DNA of 64,000 nucleotides from positions 240,376,001 to 240,440,000 of the forward strand of contig NC_086097.1 in NCBI RefSeq assembly GCF_963921235.1, in the 5' to 3' direction. This document shows positions 1 through 12,037 of the stretch, in pieces (position 1 is the stretch's first letter; each line of letters opens with the position of its first letter). Under the pieces are notes generated by a model. That model saw nothing but the letters and a program-made list of their open reading frames with translations, had not been told where the DNA came from and searched no databases. The stretch comes from Mobula hypostoma (Eukaryota). A program made the translations under genes and the position numbers.

Positions 1-108
1 ATATAAAAGAATATGACAGAGTAATTGATTTGAGAAGGCAGATGAGAATCCGACGTGAAATTCTTTGAAAAATTGTACAGCTTCAAGTAAGAAATAGAAT
101 CCAATTTT

Positions 109-318
109 CAAGCAACACACACAGATGCTGGAGGAGCTCAGAAGGCCAGGCAGCATCTATGGAAAAGAGTAAACAGTCAAAGTTTTGGACTGAGACCGTT
201 CATCAGGACCGAAACATCAACTGTTTACTCTTTTTCCATAGATGCTGCCTGACCTGCTGAGATCCTCCAGCATTTTGTGTGTGTAGCTTTGATTTCCAGC
301 ATCAGCAGACTTTCTCAA
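109..318. mobile_element. Palindromic (fold-back) Penelope-like terminal fragment with decayed hammerhead motif
   Basis: Left arm caacacacacagatgctggaggagctcag...catcaggac is the approximate reverse complement of right arm cgaaacatcaactg...cattttgtgtgtgtagc. The same sequence terminates GIY-YIG-coding Penelope copies at 22-23 kb and 31 kb. Possible decayed TSD agaatccaatttt / agaatccgacttt. Confidence 0.75.
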
Positions 319-345
319 CAGAATCCGACTTTAATGATTTTCACA

Positions 346-618
346 CGTCTTATGAAGATAGGTTGAGTAGCTAGGGCTTCTCTCTTTGGAGCAAAGGAGG
401 ATGAGCAGTGACTTGATAGAGGTGTACAAGATGAAAGGAAGTGTACATAGAGTGGATAGCAGCGACTTTTTCCTAGGGCACTAATGGCTAATACAGTGGG
501 TCATAATTTAAAGTGATTAGAATGAAGTATAGGGGGGATATCAGAGGTAATTTTTTACAAAGTGGGGTAGGTATGTGGAATGCACTGCCAGGAACAGAGG
601 TAGAGGCAGATACATTAG
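346..618 (+). mobile_element. Old CR1 LINE 3' fragment, split by the 616-4136 insertion (resumes at about 4137-4190)
   Basis: Degraded CR1 ORF2 C-terminal sequence ends at ggcagatacattag and resumes as gggcatttaa...gataagcacatgg. Confidence 0.7.
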
Positions 619-720
619 AAACATAGAAACATAGAAACATAGAAAATAGGTGCAGGAGTAGGCCATTCGGCCCTTCGAGCCTGCACCGCCACTTCTTATG
701 ATCATGGCTGATCATCCAAC

Positions 721-3700
721 TCAGAACCCCGCCCCAGCCTTCCCTCCATACCCCCTGACCCCCGTAGCCACAAGGGTCATATCTAACTCCCTCTTAAATA
801 CAGCCAATGAACTGGCCTCAATAGTTTCCTGTGGCAGAGAATTCCACAGATTCACCACTCTCTGTGTGAAGAAGTTTTTCCTAATCTCGGTCCTAAAAGG
901 CTTCCCCTCTATCCTCAAACGGTGGCCCCTCGTTCTGGACTTCCCCAACATCAGGAACAATCTTCCTGCATCTAGCCTGTCCAATCCCTTTAGGATCTTA
1001 TACGTTTCAATCAGATCCCCCCTCAATCTTCTAAATTCCAACGAATACAAGCCCAGTTCATCCAGTCTTTCTTCATATGAAAGTCCTGCCATCCCAGGAA
1101 TCAATCTGGTGAACCTTCTTTGTACTCCCTCTATGGCAAAGATGTCTTTCCTCAGATTAGGGGACCAAAACTGCACACAATACTCCAGGTGTGGTCTCAC
1201 CAAGGCCTTGTACAACTGCAGTAGTACCTCCCTGCTCCTGTACTCGAATCCTCTCGCTATAAGTGCCAGCATACCATTCGCCTTTCTCACCGCCTGCTGT
1301 ACCTGCATGCCCACTTTCAATGACTGGTGTATAATGACACCCAGGTCTCGTTGCACCTCCCCTTTTCCTAATCGGCCACCATTCAGATAATAATCTGTTT
1401 TCCTATTTTTGCCACCAAAGTGGATAACTTCACATTTATCCACATTAAATTGCATCTGCCATGAATTTGCCCACTCACCCAACCTATCCAAGTCACCCTG
1501 CATCCTCTTAGCATCCTCCTCACTGCTAACACTGCCACCCAGCTTCGTGTCATCCGCAAACTTGGAGATGCTGCATTTAATTCCCTCATCCAAGTCATTA
1601 ATATATATTGTAAACAACTGGGGTCCCAGCACTGAGCCTTGCGGTACCCCACTAGTCACCGCCTGCCATTCTGAAAAGGTCCCGTTTATTCCCACTCTTT
1701 GCTTCCTGTCTGCTAACCAATTCTCTACCCACACCAATACCTTACCCCCAATACCGTGTGCTTTAAGTTTGCACACTAATCTCCTGTGTGGGACCTTGTC
1801 AAAAGCTTTTTGAAAATCCAAATATACCACATCCACTGGTTCTCCCCTATCCACTCTACTGGTTACATCCTCAAAAAATTCTATGAGATTCGTTAGACAT
1901 GATTTTCCTTTCACAAATCCATGCTGACTTTGTCTGATCATTTCACCGCTTTCCAAATGTGCTGTTATCACATCCTTGATAACTGACTCCAGCAGTTTCC
2001 CCACCACCGACGTTAGGCTAACCGGTCTATAATTCCCCGGTTTCTCTCTCCCTCCTTTTTTAAAAAGTGGGGTTACATTAGCCACCCTCCAATCCTCAGG
2101 AACTAGCCCAGAATCTAACGAGTTTTGAAAAATTATCACTAATGCATCCACTATTTCTTGGGCTACTTCCTTAAGCACTCTAGGATGCAGACCATCTGGC
2201 CCTGGGGATTTATCTGCCTTCAATCCCTTCAATTTACCTAACACCACTTCCCTACTAACATGTATTTCGCTCAGTTCCTCCATCTCACTGGACCCTCTGT
2301 CCCTTAATATTTCTGGAAGATTATTTATGTCCTCCTTAGTGAAGACAGAACCAAAGTAATTATTCAATTGGTCTGCCATGTCCTTGCTCCCCATAATCAA
2401 TTCACCTGTTTCTGTCTGCAGGGGACCTACATTTGTCTTTACCAGTCTTTTCCTTTTTACGTATCTATAAAAGCTTTTACAGTCCGTTTTTATGTTCCCT
2501 GCCAGTTTTCTCTCATAATCTTTTTTCCCCTTCCTAATTAAGCCCTTTGTCCTCCTCTGCTGAACTCTGAATTTCTCCCAGTCCTCAGGTGAGCCACTTT
2601 CTCTGGCTAATTTGTATGCTTCTTCTTTGGAATTGATACTATCCCTAATTTCTCTTGTCAGCCACGGGTGCACTACCTTCCTTGATTTATTCTTTTGCCA
2701 AACTGGGATGAACAATTGTTGTAGTTCATCCATGCAACCTTTAAATGCTTGCCATTGCATATCCACCGTCAATCCTTTAAGTGTCATTTGCCAGTCTATC
2801 TTAGCTAATTCACGTCTCATACCTTCAAAGTTACCCCTCTTTAAGTTCAGAACCTTTGTTTCTGAATTAACTATGTCACTCTCCATCTTAATGAAGAATT
2901 TCACCACATTATGGTCACTCTTACCCAAGGGGCCTCTCACGACAAGATCGCTAATTAACCCTTCCTCATTGCTCAAAACCCAGTCCAGAATAGCCTGCTC
3001 TCTAGTTGGTTCCTCGACATGTTGGTTCAAAAAACCATCCCGCATACATTCCAAGAAATCCTCTTCCTCAGCACCTTTACCAATTTGGTTCACCCAGTCT
3101 ACACGTAGATTGAAGTCACCCATTATAACTGCTGTTCCTTTATTGCACACATTTCTAATTTCCTGTTTAATACCATCTCCGACCTCACTACGACTGTTAG
3201 GTGGCCTGTACACAACTCCCACCAGCGTCTTCTGCCCCTTAGTGTTACGCAGCTCTACCCATATCGATTCCACATCTTCCCGGCTTATGTCCTTCCTTTC
3301 TATTGCGTTAATCTCTTCTTTAACCAGCAACGCCACCCCACCTCCCCTTCCTTCATGTCTATCCCTCCTGAATATTGAATATCCCTGAACGTTGAGCTCC
3401 CATCCCTGGTCACCCTGGAGCCATGTCTCTGTGATCCCAACTATATCATAATCATTAATAACAATCTACACTTTCAATTCATCCACCTTATTACGAATGC
3501 TCCTTGCATTGACACATAAAGCCTTCAGGCGCTCTTTTACAACTCTCTTAGCCCTTATACAATTATGTTGAAAAGTGGCCCTTTTTAATGCTTGCCCTGG
3601 ATTTGTCGGCCTGCCACTTTTACTTTTCTCCTTTGTACTTTTTGCTTCTACCCTCACTTTACACCCCTCTGTCTCTCTGCACTGGTTCCCATCCCTCTGT

Positions 3701-3753
3701 TGTGAACTAACCTCCTCACGCCTAGCCTCTTTAATTTGATTCCCACCCCCCAA
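721..3753 (-). pseudogene. CR1 ORF2 (AP endonuclease + reverse transcriptase) with a single in-frame TAG at 3466-3468
   Basis: ORFs 3466..3753 and 721..3336 are in the same frame and the 43 codons between them are open (IVINDYDIVGITETWL...). APE motifs NARS, VYRPP, GDFN, SDH; RT motifs [27 protein letters not shown]. Confidence 0.92.
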
Positions 3754-3758
3754 CCATT

Positions 3759-4136
3759 CTAGTTTAAAGTCACCTCAGTAGCCCCCGCTAATCTCCCTGC
3801 CAGGATATTGGTCCCCCTAGGATTCAAGTGTAACCCGTCCTTTTTCTACAGGTCACGCCTGCGCCAAAAGAGGTCCTAATGATCCAAAAACTTGAATCCC
3901 TGCCCCCTGTTCCAATCCCTCAGCCACGCATTTATCCTCCACCTCATCGCATTCCTACTCTCACTGTCGCGTGGCACAGGCAGTAATCCCGAGATTACTA
4001 CCTTTGCGGTCCTTTTTCTCAACTCCTTTCCTAGCTCCCTATATTCTCCTTTCAGGACCTCATCCCTTTTCCTACCTATGTCATTGGTACCTATATGTAC
4101 CACGACCTCTGGCTCCTCACCCTCCCACTTCAGGAT
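3759..4136 (-). pseudogene. CR1 ORF1 C-terminal SGNH/esterase-like domain, partial
   Basis: VHIGTNDI...VVISGLLP...KKDGLHLN motifs (GxND, DxxH); in-frame stops at 3876-3878 and 3846-3848; terminal TAG at 3759-3761. Confidence 0.85.
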
Positions 4137-4348
4137 ATTAGGGGCATTTAACTCTTAGATAAGCACATGGTTGATAGGCTGGATTTTATGAGTGAGAGCC
4201 TGAAAACAGGAAAATTTCAGATTACACAAGTTGAACGTAGTGAAGAACTTGATTGGTGGTTGAGTCTACTTCTGGGGGTAAACTTTTATTATGATAGTGT
4301 TATATAAGGAGTTTAGGAAGGCATGACCCACACTTTCTATTAAATGAG

Positions 4349-4520
4349 CAACGTATATAAATTGCTGGGGGGACTCACCAGATCATGCAATGTCTATGGG
4401 GAGGAATAAACAGTTGACATTATGGGTCAAGATCCTTCATCAGGACTGGAAAGGAAGGGGGAGAAAGACAGAATAAGAAGGTGGGAGGGATGGAAAGGGG
4501 CCAGGTGAGACTACAGCTAG
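4349..4520 (-). mobile_element. Degraded Penelope-like 3' terminus
   Basis: Resembles other Penelope termini; on the minus strand reads cagtcCTGATGAaggatcttgacccaTAATGTCaactg (decayed hammerhead), followed by a purine-rich tract. Confidence 0.65.
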
Positions 4521-4628
4521 AGGGCATGGGTGAAGGGTGAAAGGTGAAATGCTTGTTCACTCTGTGAGTGGTGAGAGTGTGGAACAAGATGCCAGTGGAA
4601 GTGATGGATGTGAATTCAATTTCAGCAT

Positions 4629-5470
4629 GTCAATTCAATAGGTTCAATAAGTACATTTAATGTCAGAGAAATGTGTACAATATACATCCTGAAATTCTTT
4701 TTCTTCGCAAACCTCCACAAATACAGAGGAGTGCCCCAAAGAATGAATGACAGTTAAATGTTAGAAGCCCAAAGCTCCCACAACTCCCCCCTCCCCCACA
4801 TAAGCAACAGCAAAATAATGACCCCCGCCCCCACCAACAAAAAGCATCGACGCGCCCCCCACCAAACACTCAAGCGTGCAGTAAAGCGTCAATAAAGACG
4901 CAGACTTGCAGTACCCCAAAGACTACTCACTCAACTGGTATTTGACATACCACAGCTGTCTCTCTCTCCCTAATAAAGGAAAAAGAGGTGTCCCCATTTC
5001 ACAGAGAGAGGGGAGATGAACAAAACAACTTGTTGATTTATGGTGTTAAAAGTCTGTTGTGTTGCTTTCTCCGAGCCCAAAGAATTCGGGTCTCTGGGCA
5101 CACAGCCAGTAGAAAGCTGTGAACTCAGTTTGCTACTTCCGATCTTCGGTGAACTCCTACAACAAATCAGTCGGTGGTGGGCAACCCCAGCCTTGGATAA
5201 GCCTGTCTCCAGAGCCACAAAAATCCGGCACCCTGAAGACGTGCTGGTATTCCAGTCCTTGGCATATTGAAAAGTGCCCAGTCATGTGGCCCTGAAAGTG
5301 AGTCCCATTTCTGCAAAGAACCAAAGTCAGCGTGTAACTCCAGGTCAGGGTCTTCAAAATAAACTTGAAAGGGAGAAAGGAAATATTAAAGATAGAAATA
5401 GAGCTGTTTCCAAAGGTGGAAGCAAAGTAGTCGCCGTTAGGCTCCATCATCCTAAGCTCCACCGCTCCCA
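4629..5470 (-). mobile_element. Non-coding, non-autonomous LINE-tail element (about 840 bp) nested in a CR1 remnant
   Basis: Second copy at 12453-12960; short repeat tail (tattgaacc-like); the flanks 4550-4628 and 5471-5612 join into one CR1 3' end. Confidence 0.65.
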
Positions 5471-5704
5471 TTTAATGGAAATTTGGATAAGTACAGGATG
5501 GGAGGATAATGGAGGGCTATGGTCTGGGTGCAAGTCAATGGGACTAGGCAGAACAATAGTACGGCATTGACTAGATAGGCTGAATGGCCTGAGCTGTAGT
5601 ATTCTATGACTCTATTACTCTGCAATCTGGCAAGTGATACGTGAAACCAGGTGACGAATGTGGTATATGTTTAGGGGAGGGTGTTGAAGGATTCTCATGA
5701 CATA

Positions 5705-6585
5705 CAGTGGTATGCAAAAGTATGCAAAAAGTTCTATTTTAACTTCATCACTCCACAGGACTTGTTTCCAAAATGCATCAGGTTTGTTTAGATGTTCCTT
5801 TGAACCTTTTGAATAGAACTTTTTGGCTGCAATGAGCAAAGGTATGTTTGGAGAAAAAAGAGTGCAGAAATTCATGAAAAGAACCCCTCTCCAACTGTTA
5901 AGCACAGGGGTGGATCAATCATGCTTTGGGCTTCTGTTGCAGCCTGTGGCATGGAGAACATTTACTGGTAGAGGGAAGAATGAATTCAATTAAATACTAG
6001 CATATTCTGGAAGCAAACATCACACTGTCTGTAAAAAAGCCGAAGATGAAAAGAGGATGGCTTCTACAACAGGATAATGATCCTAAGCACACCTCAAATT
6101 CCACAATGGACTACCTCAAGAGGTGCAAGCTGAAGGTTTTGCCATGGCCCTCACAGTCCTCTGACCTAAACATCATTGAGAATCCGTTGATAGACCTCAA
6201 AAGAGCAGTGCATGCAAGATGGCCCAAGAATCTCACAGAACTAGAAGCCTTTTGCAAGGAAGAATGGGTGAAAATCCCCCAAACAAGAATTGGAAGACTC
6301 TTAGCTAGCTACAAAAAGTGTTTACATGCTGTGATACTTGCCAAAGGGGGTATTACTAAGCACTGCCATGCAGGATGCCCAAACATTTGCTTTGGGCCCT
6401 TTTCCTTTTTTGCTATTTTGAAACTGTAAAAGATGGAAATAAAAAAGTTTTCTTGCTTAAAATATTAAAGAAATGTGTCATCTTTAACTTTATGCCTTTT
6501 GGAAATCAGTTAATCTTTTACTCACTTAGCTATTTACAGTAACAGAAATTTTGACCAGGGGAGCCCAAGCCTTTGCATGTCACTG
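5705..6585 (+). mobile_element. Tc1-like DNA transposon, internally deleted and rearranged
   Basis: TA flanks (5703-4, 6586-7); TIRs CAGTGGTATGCAAAAG / CTTTGCATGTCACTG; DDE motifs QQDNDPKH and WPSQSSDLNIIEN in ORF 6046..6429; the VLWSDEVKIELF segment is inverted. Confidence 0.9.
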
Positions 6586-6625
6586 TATGCCAGTGATAAT
6601 AAGCCTGATTCTAATTTTGATTCTG

Positions 6626-6955
6626 AAGTGAGAAGCTAGGAGGTGATAGGTGGAAAAGGAAAAGGCTTGAAGGAGAAGGAATCTGATAGGAGAGGAGAGT
6701 GGATCATGGAAGATAGGGAAGAAGGAGGTTCACCAAAGGGAGGTGTTAGGCAGGTGAGAAGAAGAAAAGAGGTAAAACCAGAGGCAGAATGGAGAATGGA
6801 AAAAGAGTCATGGGGGAGGGGGGAGAAGTTAGCAGGTTAGTGAAATTGATGTTCATGTCATCAGGTATGAAACTATCCAAAGGGAATATGAGGTGCTGCT
6901 CCTTCAGCTGGAGAGTGGCCTCATTGTGACAGTAGAGGAGGCTATGAACTAACAT
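6626..6955 (-). mobile_element. Penelope-like fragment (GIY-YIG C-terminus), resumes at about 8291-8335
   Basis: HSLLYCHNEATLQLKEQHLIF...MNINF matches the other Penelope copies; split by two CR1 insertions. Confidence 0.75.
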
Positions 6956-6965
6956 ATTTACATGA

Positions 6966-7475
6966 CTGACATTGGCATTGGAGAGAGTCCAGAGGAGGTT
7001 CACAAGTATGATTCCGGGAATGAAAGGGTTAACATATATGGAGTGCTTGGCAGCTTTGAGCCATACTCATTGGAATTTAGAAGAATGCTGGGGGATCTCA
7101 CTGAAACCTACCAAATGTTGAAAGGACTAATTGGGGGATATGGAGAGGATGTTTCCTACAGTGGGGGTATCCAGAATTAGAGGGCACAGCCTCAAAATTG
7201 AGGGGCGACCTTTTAGAATACAGGTAAGGAGGAATTTTTTTTAGCCAGAGACTAATGAATCTGTGAAGCGCTATGCCACAGACCACAGTGGAGGCCAAGT
7301 CCATGGGTATATTTAAGGCGGAATTGGTTGTCTCCTGATTGGTCAGAGCATCAAAGGTTATGGTGAGAAGGCAGGTGGACGGGGTTGAGTGGGATCTCAG
7401 ATCAGTCATGTTGGAATGCCAGGGCAGATTCGATGCGCTGAATGGCCTAATTCTGCTCCTATGTCTTATGGTCTT
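6966..7475 (+). mobile_element. CR1 3' fragment
   Basis: YSLEFRRMLGDLTETY motif; 3' end aatggcctaattctgctcctatgtcttatggtctta. Confidence 0.85.
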
Positions 7476-8290
7476 ATAGAAACATAGAAAATAGGTGCAG
7501 GAGTAGGCCATTCGGCCCTTCGAGCCTGCACCGCCATTTATTATGATCATGGCTGATCATCCAACTCAGAACCCCGCCCCAGCCTTCCCTCCATACCCCC
7601 TGATCCCTTTAGCCACAAGGGCCATATCTAACTCCCACTTAAATATAGCCAATGAACTGGCCTCAACAGTTTGCTGTGGCAGAGAATTCCACAGATTCAC
7701 CACTCTCTGTGTGAAGAAGTTTTTCCTAATCTCAGTCCTAAAAGGCTTCCCCTCTATCCTCAAACTGTGACCCCTCGTTCTGGACTTCCCCAACATCGGG
7801 AACAGTCTTCCTGCATCTAGCCTGTCCAATCCCTTTAGGATCTTATACGTTTCAATCAGATCTCCCCTCAATCTTCTAAATTCCAACGAGTACAAGCCCA
7901 GTTCATCCAGTCTTTCTTCATATGAAAGTCCTGCCATCCCAGGAATCAATCTGGTGAACCTTCTTTGTACTCCCTCTATGGCAAAGATGTCTTTCCTCAG
8001 ATTAGGGGACCAAAACTGCACACAATACTCCAGGTGTGGTCTCATCAAGGCCTTGTACAACTGCAGTAGTACCTCCCTGCTCCTGTACTCGAATCCTCTC
8101 GCTATAACTGCCAGCATACCATTCGCCTTTTTCACTGCCTGCTGTACCTGCATGCCCACTTTCAATGACTGGTGTATAATGACACCCAGGTCTCGTTGCA
8201 CCTCCCCTTTTCCTAATCGGCCACCATTCAGATAATAATCTGTTTTCCTATTTTTGCCACCAAAGTGGATAACTTCACATTTATCCACAT
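7476..8290 (-). mobile_element. Young CR1, 5'-truncated, same subfamily as 616-4136
   Basis: Near-identical to 630-1445; lies tail-to-tail with the preceding CR1. Confidence 0.95.
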
Positions 8291-9074
8291 ATGTTGGAGT
8301 TGGAATGGGAATGGGAAGTAAAATTAAAATTGATGGTCTACTTTTGTGGCAGATGAAGGTGCTGGCAAGTGAAAGCTGCCGTGCAGTGGGCAATGCTATC
8401 TGAAGGTGAGAGTGACTGGCGTAGCCACGTCATATTTGTCCTAGGCTTCTGGTGACACCACCAGAAGTCTGACGGGGAAAGTAATGCACTTTTCTGGAGC
8501 TGGCATCAATCAACTTAGTTAGCACAAACAGCACTGAATATCCCATGCCTGGATTTTGTCAGAATCAGAATCAGAATCAGGTTTATTATTAATGACATGT
8601 CGTAAAATTTGTTGTTATGTGGCAGCAGTACAGAGTAATACATAAAATATTACTTTATTTTTTTTATTATGCCAGGGGCAACATGGTAGCATAGCAGTTA
8701 GTGCAATGATTTACAGCACCAGTGATCATCAGTTGGGGTTATAGATCAGAAACACTGCATAACCAGTGCCTTCAGCATTGTCCTTCACATCATCTCTTTG
8801 ACCTCCGGTCGTCAGGCAGAATGTACCACAGCAGAAGCACCAGAACAGTTAACCAGCTACTTCACCGAGGCTGTTAAACTTCTTATCACCCTGCTGAATG
8901 CACAAGCTTACTCAACCTACCCTCATAAGTATGCTCTTTTTTGAAAAGGAACATCAGAGAGGGTGTACAATGGGCTATCATCATCATCTCCTTTAAATCA
9001 TTAACCTAAATTAGAATTATCCTTTCAACTCGTTTAAAGCCAAGATTGGTATAATTTAAAACTAGTTATTCCAT

Positions 9075-9535
9075 ACTCTTGTAAATTTTCTCCACCCCCT
9101 TTCAATCTCATTGATATCTTTCCTGTAGGTAGTTGACCAGAACTGGTCACAATACTCCAAATTAGGCCTCACCAATGTTTTATTGTAAACAGCTTCAACA
9201 CAACATCCCAATTCCAACCCTAGTTACCTGTGACAATATTTCCAAGGAATTATGGATCTGTATTTTCAGATCCCTCTGAACTACTGTACCCCGCAGTACC
9301 CTACTGGTCATTGTGTAAGTCCTACCCTGGTTTGTCCTCACAAAGTGCCATACTTCACACTTGTCTGCATTAACTTCCATCTGCCATTTTCCATCCCATT
9401 TTTTTTTTCAGCTGGTCCAGATCCCTCTGCAAGCTTTGATAGTCTTCTTCGCTGTCCACTACACCCCCAGTCTTGGTATCATCTGCAAATCCAGTTTACA
9501 ACATTATCATTCAATTCATTGTTATAGATGGCAAA
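9075..9535 (-). mobile_element. Degraded CR1 RT fragment
   Basis: NADKCEVWHF...QRDL motif; interrupted by the LTR at 9536. Confidence 0.7.
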
Positions 9536-10342
9536 TGTGACGACAGACCAAATTATCAGAAGATTGATGCCAATAAGAGGACAATGGGGGAACATTCAAA
9601 CTGCTAATAAGAGAGAGACGAGAGAGATTATCGAAAGGAGACACAGTTCCGAGTATTGTCAGAGACCAGTTGCTTGGAACTGTTTGAAGTTTGATGGACA
9701 GGCGATACCCCAGCAGGGGGATAAAAAGGGACAGGTTCGCTAAGGCAACAGACACGACACCACGAGGTAACGAGACCCTGGAAGCGGTGTGCCCCCACAA
9801 GTTAGCAGGAGTTTTGGAGGTCTGGTCGCGGGACCAACCATAGACGCACAAGGTGGAAAGATACGGTCGAGCGGGAACCTGGTGTGTGTGTCCACCCTTG
9901 CCTGGGTGCCGGGTTCACCGCAGAAGAATGATCGAATCTGGAACGGAGGGGTCACAGTCGGTGACCTCAGAAGACATTACAAAGGGCTCGCCCAAAAGCT
10001 AACTGCGAGGAATATCGAAGGTCTGTTTGGAATCCGATTTGCATATTCATTCATTTTCTCTCTCTCTCTCCCCAACGGCGTGACGGTGATTACTGCAAAC
10101 TCTGTGTCACTTGTGACTGATCATTTTACCCCTAGACTGCGGTAGAGCTTGATTGATCCTATTATCCTAGTTCCGTGTACATGTGTGTTTATTCATTGCT
10201 AACCTGTTGCATTTATATCCTTACTATTAGAGTACTGTGTTGCTTATTTCTTTAATAAAACTTTCTTAGTTCCAGTAATCCAGACTCCAACTAAGTGGTC
10301 CATTTCTGCTGGTTTGGCAACCCAGTTACGGGGTACGTAACA
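9536..10342 (+). repeat. 5' LTR (807 bp)
   Basis: TGTGACG...CGTAACA termini, AATAAA near 10254, followed directly by a PBS. Confidence 0.75.
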
Positions 10343-10346
10343 TAAG

Positions 10347-10365
10347 TGGGGTTCTCGTCCGCGAT
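10347..10365 (+). promoter_or_regulatory. Primer-binding site, tRNA-Pro-like
   Basis: TGGGGTTCTCGTCCGCGAT versus canonical Pro PBS TGGGGGCTCGTCCGGGAT, starting 5 nt after the LTR CA. Confidence 0.75.
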
Positions 10366-10441
10366 TTTGAACGCTAAATTTGGGACGGAATAAATTGATT
10401 GGGTTAAAATTCCCGAAAGAAAGAAAAGGCAAACAGCAGAA

Positions 10442-12037
10442 ATGGAGATTGAGGAATTTCTAAAGGCGCCGACCTTGGAGGCATTAGAGGATGCCAGGAA
10501 AGCGGAATTGGCTGCTGTGGCCAAATGGTTGAATCTTGTTAAGGGGAAGTCGACAATGAGGAGAGAGGAAATACACAGAGCTATCGTAGAGCACTATGTA
10601 TCTAAAGGTGTGTTTCCCCAAGGGGAGCTGGAGCCGATATCTATTGGAGAACCTGGTGGAGACGCAGTACAGGTGCAGCTTGAAAAATTGAGACTCGAGC
10701 ACGAGTTCCAGGTACGGCAGCTAGAACATGAAGAGAAACAGTTAGAACGACAACGGCGAGAGAGAGAGACAGTTAGAGCGAGAAGAGAGGCAGTTGGAGC
10801 GAGAAGAGAAAGAGAGGGAAAGGGAATTCGAGCTGGAGAGGTTAAAGATAAGGGCAGAGCAGGGGCCCATGCAAAACCAAGGTGGAGGGTTCAGGGCGAC
10901 CCAGGAGGTTAGGCTGGTTCCCCCATTTGATGATACGGATGTGGATCAGTACTTTCTCCATTTCGAAAAAGTTGCTGCAAGTTAGGACTGGCCGAGGGAT
11001 AAGTGGGCTGTTTTGCTTCAGAGTGTACTAAAAAGAAAAGCCCAACAAGCTTACTCGGTTTTGTCCGCAGAAGATGCCCAGAGGTATGAGGTGGTGAAAG
11101 AGGCTATCCTCAGGATTTATGAGTTGGTCCCGGAGGCATACCGGCAGAGGTTCCGGAATGCGAGGAAGCAGTGGGACCGCACGTATTTAGAGTTTGCCCG
11201 TGAGATGCAGACATATTGTGAGCGTTGGTGCGCCTCGAAGGGGGTAAATGGGGATTATGACAGACTGCTACAGCTGATCCTGATTGAGCAGTTTAAAGGT
11301 TGTGCCCCTGAGGGTATGAGACCCTACCTAGATGAGAAAGAGGCAGCCACGTTAGCCACAACTGCTAAGTTAGCGGATGAGTACGCGTTGACACATAAAA
11401 CGAAGTTTGCCCCGAGTAAAGGCTACCAGAAGGGTAGTCAGGGCAGCGGGGAGAGTCCGCCAGAAAAGTCAGAAAGTAAGCCGGGGACTAGTGAGAAGGA
11501 TAAGGTAGACCGGGAGCAGTTTGGTAGAAAGTCTCCTGGGGTCGTATGTTATAGTTGTGGGAAAGCCGGACACGTTGCGTCCAGGTGCTTTGCCCCAAAG
11601 AAGGAGACGGGAAAGGGAAAGGCGGTGGTTCCGACTGGCTGTATTGAGCTGGTAAGCAAACCGCTAGGAGGGAAGAGGTCTGCCAAAGTTCAGGAAGGGC
11701 GCGAGAGGTTTACCTCGGCCGGATTGGTGTCAGTGAAGGAGAGGTTAAACCCAGTTCCAGTACGGATCTGGAAAGACCCGGGAGCATGTCAGCCATTGAT
11801 ATTAAAGAGTGTGTTAGACTTTAGTTCAGAGACCGAGACTGGGAAAGTCAGGGTCATAAAAGGCATTAGGAAAGGGACTGAGGTAGTACCTCTGCACCAG
11901 ATACACCTAAAAAGCGACTTGGTCTCTGGACCAGTCACGATCGGGGTGAGGCCCGAACTACCGATGAAAGGTGTGGAAGTCTCACTCGGTAATGACCTCG
12001 CCGGCGGGGAGGTGTACCCAGCAGTGAGATTGACAAG
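10442..12037 (+). pseudogene. Gypsy gag-protease with frameshift (about 10750-10800) and TAG at 10983-10985
   Basis: LVPPFDDTDVDQYFLHFEK, YELVPEAYRQRFR, LILIEQF...LADEY (SCAN-like), CYSCGKAGHVASRC (CCHC), decayed protease KDPGA...LGNDL. Confidence 0.85.

Larger units (their letters stand above)
616..4136 (-). mobile_element. Young CR1 (HER1-like) LINE, 5'-truncated within ORF1
   Basis: 3' tail of (TCTATGTT)n at 616-643, ORF2 with APE and RT, partial esterase-type ORF1; short duplication ATTAG at 614-618 and 4137-4141. Confidence 0.95.
9536..12037 (+). mobile_element. Gypsy (Gmr1-like) LTR retrotransposon, 3'-truncated after the protease
   Basis: 5' LTR, PBS, gag with SCAN-like region and CCHC knuckle, protease remnant; no RT, integrase or 3' LTR visible. 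Confidence 0.85.

Noticed and set aside
698..3388. Long + strand ORFs (698..1390, 1409..1813, 2612..3388)
   Set aside because: Antisense shadows of CR1 ORF2, recurring in the related copies.
7566..8393. 275-aa ORF with a novel N-terminus
   Set aside because: Chance read-through from flank and Penelope remnant into a truncated CR1.
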